The translations under genes were made by a program, and so were the position numbers. Positions 6,536 through 12,465 of a stretch of DNA of 12,465 nucleotides are shown one piece after another. The stretch is from the NCBI GenBank assembly GCA_043753995.1, contig JAYUVP010000175.1, forward strand, positions 1-12,465, in the 5' to 3' direction. The stretch is from Fibrobacterota bacterium (GTDB taxonomy: Bacteria; Fibrobacterota; Fibrobacteria; UBA11236). How positions within the stretch are numbered: position 1 is the stretch's first letter; each line of letters opens with the position of its first letter. The notes below the pieces were generated by a model. That model made no database searches and had not been told where the DNA came from. It was given only the letters and a program-made list of their open reading frames with translations.

Positions 6536-8401
6536 TTAGGGCAGAACCACGACTTCCATGCGGCGGTTTTTAAGGCGTTCACGGGCATTCGCATTCGAGG
6601 CAATGGGTTTGGTGGAGCCCATCCCTTGAGCGATTACCTGACCGCCAGGCACTCCCTTTAGGATCAGATAAGCGCGAACTCGGTCGGCCCGGGCTTGAGA
6701 AACCTTGCGCAAGGCAGCTTCACCGCCTTGATTGTCCATATAACCCTGTATTTCAATGCTTGTCTTAGGAGACGCCAATAGAAGGGCGACTAAGGAGTCG
6801 AGCTGAGCATAACTTTCGGGCAGCATTTCGGTGGTTATTCCCTGAAAGTGCACTCGATTCAAGGTGAAATGCGATTCGATCCGGGCTGCGGTGCTGCCTT
6901 GGGTTGGCTTTTCATCTGGGCAGCCATCGAAGTCTTCATACCCATTCACTTTTTCAGGTTGATTCGGGCAGGCATCCTTAACATCTAGAATGCCGTCGCC
7001 ATCATTGTCGGGGTCAGGGCAGCCGTCCTGATCTTGATAGCCGTCGGTGTCTTCCACTTCATTCAAGCACTTGTCCTTGTGATCCGGCAAGCCATCCCCG
7101 TCATTGTCCAAGTCGGGGCACCCATCATAGTCCATGTATCCGTCGCGATCTTCGGCGTCTTGAGGACATTGATCCTGGGTATCTAAAACACTGTCTTTGT
7201 CATTGTCGGGTTCGGGGCAACCATCCTCGTCGACATTTCCGTCAATGTCTTCCGATTCGAGAGGACATTCATCGTTGATGTCGGAAACGGAATCCATGTC
7301 ATTATCGGGTTCAGGGCAGCCGTCGGTATCTTGAAAATCATCCTTATCCTCAGGAGCATTGGCGCAGGCATCCACTCGGTCGGGGATATCATCTTTGTCC
7401 CGATCCGTGTCGAAAGCCGAAAAAACCCAACCAAATTGCACGGTCAATGACCAATCAGGTTGGGCCTTGGTGGCAAAACGATAGGTCCCGTCCGCAACGG
7501 GTACGGAATGCCTGGCCCAACGATCTTGTCCCAGGCCCCGGTGAAGGCCTATGTCGAGGGCAAAACCCTCATCGCTTTTCACATTTAGCCCACCGGAAAT
7601 TCTTGCCCATTCGGCATTCAAGGATCCTAGACCTTTGACCAAGGTTTGCCGACCTTTGGCGCTGCCAGAAACGAAAAAGCCCAAATTCGGAGTCGCGAAC
7701 CATTGCATCGCCCCCTCAACATGGGGCCCCTGGCTGCGATTGAATTGGGGCATGACTCTATAACCAGCACCCAATTGTATGGCAAAGGGCAATGGATTTT
7801 CCAATCTCTGAAAATCCAAGGTCGCCAAGAGGCTACCAGCACCCCAGGGCCCGCCAGCGCTGTGAAAATGCTGAGAATAGACCGTGGTATCGAAATCCAC
7901 ATAGCCGGGATCGTGAACTAAAAACCCCTTTTTACTGGCCGAGGCAAAATGCATTTCCCCTAAAATGGCCAAATCAACGACACCGGGGTCAGCTCCCCCC
8001 AAACCAGCCTTGAAAAACAGGATTGGATCGCCCAAGCCTTGCCCTGAAAGCTCCTTGGCGCGAGTATCTGAGGTGATTTCCCCTATCCAGGGTAGGCTAA
8101 AGCCAAGGTCTAGATGATTTGCCAGTCCCAACACAGCATTGACCGACAGGGAATAGGCCTGTAAATCATTGATGGCTAAGGTATCCGGTTCCGCCCGATT
8201 GGCGGTATAGAGCAAAAAAGTACCGTCCTTGACCAAGGAGGCATCGCTATGCCCGTGCATGGAAAGGCTGACCGCCATTTGACCGGAAGGCAAAGTATGG
8301 GCCGAGGGGACTTCAGGAGTGCCGACTAAGCCTATTTGGGTGAGGGCTAGGGCGGAACCGACAAGGCCCGCGAGAAGAAGCAAGGAGAATTTTACCGGCA
8401 T
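6536..8401 (-). CDS. OmpA-family outer-membrane protein with N-terminal barrel-like region, thrombospondin type 3-like repeats and C-terminal OmpA peptidoglycan-binding domain
   Basis: Signal peptide MPVKFSLLLLAGLVGSALA; DxDxDGxxDxxDxC repeats; OmpA_C motifs IEIQGYMD, VSQARADRVRAYL, GMGSTKPIASN and NRRMEV. Confidence 0.92.
   Translation of the reverse strand: MPVKFSLLLLAGLVGSALALTQIGLVGTPEVPSAHTLPSGQMAVSLSMHGHSDASLVKDGTFLLYTANRAEPDTLAINDLQAYSLSVNAVLGLANHLDLGFSLPWIGEITSDTRAKELSGQGLGDPILFFKAGLGGADPGVVDLAILGEMHFASASKKGFLVHDPGYVDFDTTVYSQHFHSAGGPWGAGSLLATLDFQRLENPLPFAIQLGAGYRVMPQFNRSQGPHVEGAMQWFATPNLGFFVSGSAKGRQTLVKGLGSLNAEWARISGGLNVKSDEGFALDIGLHRGLGQDRWARHSVPVADGTYRFATKAQPDWSLTVQFGWVFSAFDTDRDKDDIPDRVDACANAPEDKDDFQDTDGCPEPDNDMDSVSDINDECPLESEDIDGNVDEDGCPEPDNDKDSVLDTQDQCPQDAEDRDGYMDYDGCPDLDNDGDGLPDHKDKCLNEVEDTDGYQDQDGCPDPDNDGDGILDVKDACPNQPEKVNGYEDFDGCPDEKPTQGSTAARIESHFTLNRVHFQGITTEMLPESYAQLDSLVALLLASPKTSIEIQGYMDNQGGEAALRKVSQARADRVRAYLILKGVPGGQVIAQGMGSTKPIASNANARERLKNRRMEVVVLP
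6911..7405 (-). repeat. Five tandem 99-bp (33-aa) TSP3-like Ca-binding repeats within the OmpA gene
   Basis: Consensus DNDxDxxxDxxDxCPxxxEDxDGxxDxDGCP(E/D)P occurs five times with exact 33-aa periodicity; the copies are diverged at DNA level. Confidence 0.9.
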
Positions 8402-8497
8402 GAGAAAGGCTTTAAGGTAGAAAAGGGTGTCCGTGCAGACTGGTCATTGCATACACGCAAAGCCCAGTAATACACTAGCCAAAAAGGCGAACCCATC

Positions 8498-9367
8498 GTG
8501 ACCATGACCAATAAAAACCTGGAACGCAAGAAGATAGAGCAAATTGAAAATTTGCCCACTCTTCCCGAAGTAGCCAATAAGTTGCTACGCATCATCAACG
8601 ATCCGATGACCACGGCACAAGATGTGGCCAATTTGATTTCGCGGGATCTGAGCCTGACCTCCAAGGTCTTGCGCCTGTCGAATAGCGCCTTCTATGGCGT
8701 GCCACGCACCGTAGCAACCGTGCACAATGCCGTGGTGATTCTGGGGTTGAAAGTCATCAATACCATGGTTTTTTCTATCACCGTAGTGAAAATGTTTCCT
8801 GCGGATGGTAGGCATGATTTGTTTCCTCGCAAGAAATTTTGGTCCCATTCGGTGGCCGTGGCCGTGCTCTCCAAATTACTGGCCTTGCGGATGCGTAAGT
8901 TTTCGCTTTTTGATCCGGAAGAATGCTTTTGCGCCGGCTTGATACATGACTTGGGCCGCATCGTTATGGATCAATACCTGCATGATGATTTCACCAAGGC
9001 CGTCAAAATCGCCATGGAAGAAGGCATTCCCTTGACGGATGCGGAGCAACGCGTTTTCGGTTTCGATCACAGCGATGTCGGAGATTGGCTCACAGCCCGC
9101 TGGGAATTGCCCGGAGACATTCGCGTGCCCATTGTCTATCACCATCGGCCCCAATTGGCTCCTGAAGCTAAGGAAATCGCGGGAGTAGTGCATGTCGCCG
9201 ATGCCTTGGCCCATGCCATGGATTATGGCACACCGAAAATCAAATCGCCGCCACCTCCAGATCCTGCCTTGATTGCTTCTCTCGGCCTTTCCGAGGAGGA
9301 CTTAGTGGAAGCGCGGGAAGAATGCGTGGGCGAAATCGAAAATCTCATCGCCGCTCTGGAGATTTAA
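8498..9367 (+). CDS. Stand-alone HDOD domain-containing protein (HD-related signal output domain)
   Basis: LPTLPEVA, DLSLTSKVLRLSNSAFYG, AVVILG, FWSHS, AGLIHDLGR, EQRVFGFDHSDVG, WELP and YHHRP. Start is GTG 8498 or ATG 8504. Confidence 0.93.
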   Translation: MTMTNKNLERKKIEQIENLPTLPEVANKLLRIINDPMTTAQDVANLISRDLSLTSKVLRLSNSAFYGVPRTVATVHNAVVILGLKVINTMVFSITVVKMFPADGRHDLFPRKKFWSHSVAVAVLSKLLALRMRKFSLFDPEECFCAGLIHDLGRIVMDQYLHDDFTKAVKIAMEEGIPLTDAEQRVFGFDHSDVGDWLTARWELPGDIRVPIVYHHRPQLAPEAKEIAGVVHVADALAHAMDYGTPKIKSPPPPDPALIASLGLSEEDLVEAREECVGEIENLIAALEI

Positions 9368-9482
9368 GCCCTTTTGCGACGAATCGGAGGTACGGGCTAA
9401 GACTAAGTTTGCTTTGTCGCCGCTCATTTTCGATGGACGGGTTTCGACGGACTCTTGCCACGATTTAACCCCCCATTTTTAC

Positions 9483-10685
9483 ATGCGATCTTTGGTTTTC
9501 GATTTAGTACACGGCGTCTCCGGCGATATGATACTGGGAGCCTTAGCTGATTTGGGTTTAGACCTCGAGGCTTGGAAAAAAGCCTTGGCGGAATCGGATT
9601 TGCCTCAAGCCCAAGTCGATTTTCAGATCGTCGATCGCGGTGGCTTGCGTGCGGTGCATGCCATAGTCGCATCGGAATCGCATCCTCCCCATCGCACCTG
9701 GAAGGATTTGGATGCGCGCCTCCAAGCCGCAAAATTGCCGCCGCCCGTGCAGGAAAAGGCCAGAAAAGTTTTGAAAAGACTGGCCGAGGTCGAAGCTCAT
9801 TTGCATCAAGTCGAAATGGAACATGTGCATTTCCATGAAATCGGCGCTCTCGACACTCTGATTGATATTGCCGGCGCTTGCCTTGGGTTTCATTTACTCG
9901 GCATCGAAAGTTTTTTCACCACCGCTTTTCCCTTGGGACAAGGCTCCATTAAAATGGCCCACGGATCCTGGCGCGAGCCCGCGCCCGCCACCTTGGCCTT
10001 GGTGAAAGGCTTTCCGGTACGCTATGCCAATAGCTCTGGGGAATTGTGCACGCCTACGGGAGCTGCCTTGGTGACCACCTTGGCCTTGCCTCTGCCAGAT
10101 CATCTTGAGGCAAAATTGCTGGCCTTTGGCTATGGTGCGGGCACGCGTAATCCACCTGGACGCTCGAATGTCCTTCGTCTTTGCCTGCTGGAAACTTCGG
10201 AGACTTTGCCCTGGCGGCGCGGCCAGGACAGCGCTGAGGCCTTTGAAGTGAGCTGCAATCTCGACAATATGACGGGAGAGCATTTGGCTTATCTCAGTCA
10301 GCGCTTATTTGACGCGGGTGCCCTCGATGTTTGGCAGCAAAGCATCCTCATGAAAAAGGGACGTATGGGGGTGCAGGTGGTAGCCTTGTGCTCCGCCGCG
10401 GATTTGGCCAAGGTCGGTGAAACCCTGGCCCAGGAGAGCTTAACCGGAGGGTATCGCGTACACCAGGTGCAGCGCCAGATCGGACGCAAAACCCCGGTGA
10501 CCTTACCTACTCCTTTTGGTGACATTACCTCCAAGCAACTGGATTTTGCCGGCTCTCATCGTACCTTGCCAGAAGCCGATGCCGTCGCCGATGCGGCGCA
10601 GCGAAGCGGAATTTCTTGGTTTGAGGTTTATCGGGCCGCTTTAGCTGCCAAGCCTACCTCCGAGAATCAGAAAGAGGGCGGATGA
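9483..10685 (+). CDS. larC: LarC-family nickel-pincer cofactor biosynthesis protein (nickel insertase), 400 aa
   Basis: FDLVHGVSGDMILGAL, AEVEAHLH, VHFHEIGALDTLIDI, AHG..PAPAT, GELCTPTGAAL, GYGAG, NVLR, NLDN, GALDVW and MKKGR. ATG 9483 matches the usual family N-terminus better than TTG 9414. Confidence 0.92.
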   Translation: MRSLVFDLVHGVSGDMILGALADLGLDLEAWKKALAESDLPQAQVDFQIVDRGGLRAVHAIVASESHPPHRTWKDLDARLQAAKLPPPVQEKARKVLKRLAEVEAHLHQVEMEHVHFHEIGALDTLIDIAGACLGFHLLGIESFFTTAFPLGQGSIKMAHGSWREPAPATLALVKGFPVRYANSSGELCTPTGAALVTTLALPLPDHLEAKLLAFGYGAGTRNPPGRSNVLRLCLLETSETLPWRRGQDSAEAFEVSCNLDNMTGEHLAYLSQRLFDAGALDVWQQSILMKKGRMGVQVVALCSAADLAKVGETLAQESLTGGYRVHQVQRQIGRKTPVTLPTPFGDITSKQLDFAGSHRTLPEADAVADAAQRSGISWFEVYRAALAAKPTSENQKEGG

Positions 10686-11629
10686 CGCGATTGAATTTGC
10701 CAGGCATACATATAGACCAGAAAAAAGGCGGCCATGACCGTCTTGCGGGGCGCCTCATCGCCTATGTTCGCTTAAAGCCCATGGACTCCAGCAGTCGCGT
10801 GACGGAAGAAGCTACGCCTATTGCTGCCATGGTGCGCAATGGCCTCTTGGCGGTGCAGGGCAATTATGTTGGGCAGCGTAATATCCGTGATTTTTTCCGA
10901 GATGAATTCGGTATTTCTTTGGAAAAAGGAATTCAAGAAGTCATTGAGCAGGCGCGCGAAACGGGTGGACTAGAAGGCGCCTTGGATCCTGAAGCCGTTA
11001 AGGAAAGATTGGAGTCGATGAAAAATGCCGACTTCATTCCCATTCCGGCCAAGGTGGCTTTTTTCAATAGCGAAGAAGAAATCTTAAACACGCCCGGCGA
11101 CGTGTATTATCTCGGCGAATTCGAAGTGCTGAGTCATGCGCATCTTTGCGTGAACAGCTTTCCCATCTTGTACCAAGCCTGTTACCGCGAGCAAGAGCAT
11201 CGCGAAATCGCTGATGAAATCAGCACCCTGCTAGGCACCATTGAAAATTCGGGGAGTGGAGAGGCGCAGGCTAAGCCAGATCTGGATGTTCCAGCTGCCG
11301 ACAAACAAGATGGCGTGACCTTGCAAACCTATTCGGGCGATGTAAAGGCCTTGCTATTGCGCGATCTTTTGCCGCGCATGATATACAGCCTAGGCGATAA
11401 GTCGGAATATGAAGCCGCGGTGCAGCAATTCAAGGGTTTCATGGGCGACTTCGCCTTTCCCGAAGATATGCAAGCCATCATGGACTTGATTGAATCCACG
11501 CCCAAGCACAATGCCGTGACCTTGCGCAAATTGGAATTGCTGGTCGCGAAAATCGAAGCCTTGCAACGCGAAGACTTTGAAGCCCTCGAAAAAATCCGCA
11601 AAGATTTGCGCGACTTGAAGGACGGGTAG
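10682..11629 (+). CDS. Hypothetical protein (315 aa) with C-terminal UVR-like coiled-coil motif
   Basis: Long ORF whose ATG overlaps the larC stop (ATGA 10682-10685), preceded by AGAGGG. C-terminus KIEALQREDFEALEKIRKDLRDL resembles the UvrB/UvrC motif (A..EDFE.AA.IRD.I..L). No signal peptide or TM segment visible. Confidence 0.8.
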   Translation: MTRLNLPGIHIDQKKGGHDRLAGRLIAYVRLKPMDSSSRVTEEATPIAAMVRNGLLAVQGNYVGQRNIRDFFRDEFGISLEKGIQEVIEQARETGGLEGALDPEAVKERLESMKNADFIPIPAKVAFFNSEEEILNTPGDVYYLGEFEVLSHAHLCVNSFPILYQACYREQEHREIADEISTLLGTIENSGSGEAQAKPDLDVPAADKQDGVTLQTYSGDVKALLLRDLLPRMIYSLGDKSEYEAAVQQFKGFMGDFAFPEDMQAIMDLIESTPKHNAVTLRKLELLVAKIEALQREDFEALEKIRKDLRDLKDG

Positions 11630-11644
11630 GGCCGGTTTTAAATA

Positions 11645-12465
11645 TCACTCAATCAAAAGCGTCCTGGCAGCGAATTGATCGCCTGCTCGGACCTTGAAGA
11701 GATAGAGTCCCGGAGTCACTTTCGATCCGGCCTGGTTTTGGCCATCCCATCGAAGGGTATTCTGATTTGAATTGTCCGATATAGAGGACAGAGTTCTGAT
11801 TTTTTTGCCCGTAGTGGTATAGACATCCAAAAAAGTTTTTGTTCCAGCAGCAGAGAAAATGGTGACCACCATTGGGTGGAAGTTGCTTTTTGAAAAGGCA
11901 AACGCCGATCCGAAATGATTGTGGACGGGCCGTTTAATTCCGGATCCTTCCCTGGGAACTTGTAAATGCACATAGGCGCCGTATTTTCCGCCGGCCATGA
12001 CGTCCATGAATCCATCTTCATTCAAATCCGCATAGGCAATGGAAACTCCAATGCCCGATTTATTGTCAATCAGGTGAGGCGTAAAGGTGGCCGTCCCATT
12101 GGCCCCCCGTTTCAATTCAAACCAATAAATCACCGGGTCCCCTTTTGCATCCGGATCCTGATTGCCTGAGCCGTGCACCATCCATCTTTTGCCAGCCAGA
12201 ATATCCAATAAGCCATCGCCGTTGATATCGGCGAGAGAAACGCCATGCGGCTGCGAAAAGGCGGCCCCATAGGTGCTGATTTCTTGATCCGTCCCCATGA
12301 TGGTATGCTTTTCAAAAGTGATTCCACCCTTGCCATCGTCTTTATTTTCATACCATGCCAGTCCCCAGCCATGAGCGTTCAACGCCGTAATCACGTCATT
12401 CCTACCGTCTCCGTTCACGTCGTAGGCATATAGCTGGGAGGGGCCTTGAGAGCAGCCTGTGATGG
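11645..12465 (-). CDS. FG-GAP/VCBS repeat (beta-propeller) secreted protein with C-terminal FlgD-Ig/T9SS type A-like sorting domain; 5' end lies outside the window
   Basis: Frame stays open to the window edge (ITGCSQGPSQLYAYDVNGDGRND). Three DxNxDGxxD loops: DVNGDGRND, DINGDGLLD, DLNEDGFMD. Tail VYTTTGKKIRTL..WDGQNQAGSKVTPGLYLFKVRAG. Confidence 0.88.
   Translation of the reverse strand, partial: ITGCSQGPSQLYAYDVNGDGRNDVITALNAHGWGLAWYENKDDGKGGITFEKHTIMGTDQEISTYGAAFSQPHGVSLADINGDGLLDILAGKRWMVHGSGNQDPDAKGDPVIYWFELKRGANGTATFTPHLIDNKSGIGVSIAYADLNEDGFMDVMAGGKYGAYVHLQVPREGSGIKRPVHNHFGSAFAFSKSNFHPMVVTIFSAAGTKTFLDVYTTTGKKIRTLSSISDNSNQNTLRWDGQNQAGSKVTPGLYLFKVRAGDQFAARTLLIE

Noticed and set aside
6421..6603. 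60-aa minus-strand ORF
   Set aside because: It overlaps the OmpA 3' end out of frame and runs through the terminator hairpin; no coding signal.
6911..7405. 99-bp periodicity as a possible CRISPR array or VNTR
   Set aside because: The repeats are in-frame, conserved at protein level and diverged at synonymous sites, with no repeat-spacer structure.
8440..8497. ACGCAAAGCC upstream of the HDOD gene, resembling part of the c-di-GMP-I riboswitch consensus
   Set aside because: The upstream GGCAAA element and GNRA-capped stem are absent and no convincing second stem forms; an Rfam RF01051 scan would settle it.
9414..9482. N-terminal extension of LarC from TTG 9414
   Set aside because: The family N-terminal motif begins right after ATG 9483; the extension looks non-coding.

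Overview
Gene-dense bacterial chromosomal window with 11 supportable CDSs and no rRNA, tRNA, CRISPR array or mobile element that I can see. In order: the 3' part of a glycogen/starch phosphorylase (glgP), coupled by overlapping stop/start codons to a divergent PRPP-synthetase-like gene and a GT9 glycosyltransferase; a convergent stand-alone ComEC-type metallo-beta-lactamase-fold probable lipoprotein; a Hanks-type membrane Ser/Thr kinase with a PEGA-like C-terminus; an uncharacterised secreted/outer-membrane protein; a bidirectional terminator; an OmpA-family protein with five 33-aa TSP3-like Asp/Cys repeats; a stand-alone HDOD protein; a LarC (nickel-pincer cofactor Ni insertase) homologue coupled to an unknown protein with a UVR-like C-terminal motif; and the 3' part of an FG-GAP repeat protein with an FlgD-Ig/T9SS-like tail. 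The protein styles suggest an FCB-group organism, possibly Fibrobacterota (inference from memory, not from a search). The best candidates for something undescribed are the larC + unknown UVR-motif gene pair, the atypical Prs in a glgP-prs-GT9 operon, and a structured leader with a possible SD-sequestering pseudoknot upstream of the unknown outer-membrane gene. All three are hypotheses needing database or experimental tests.
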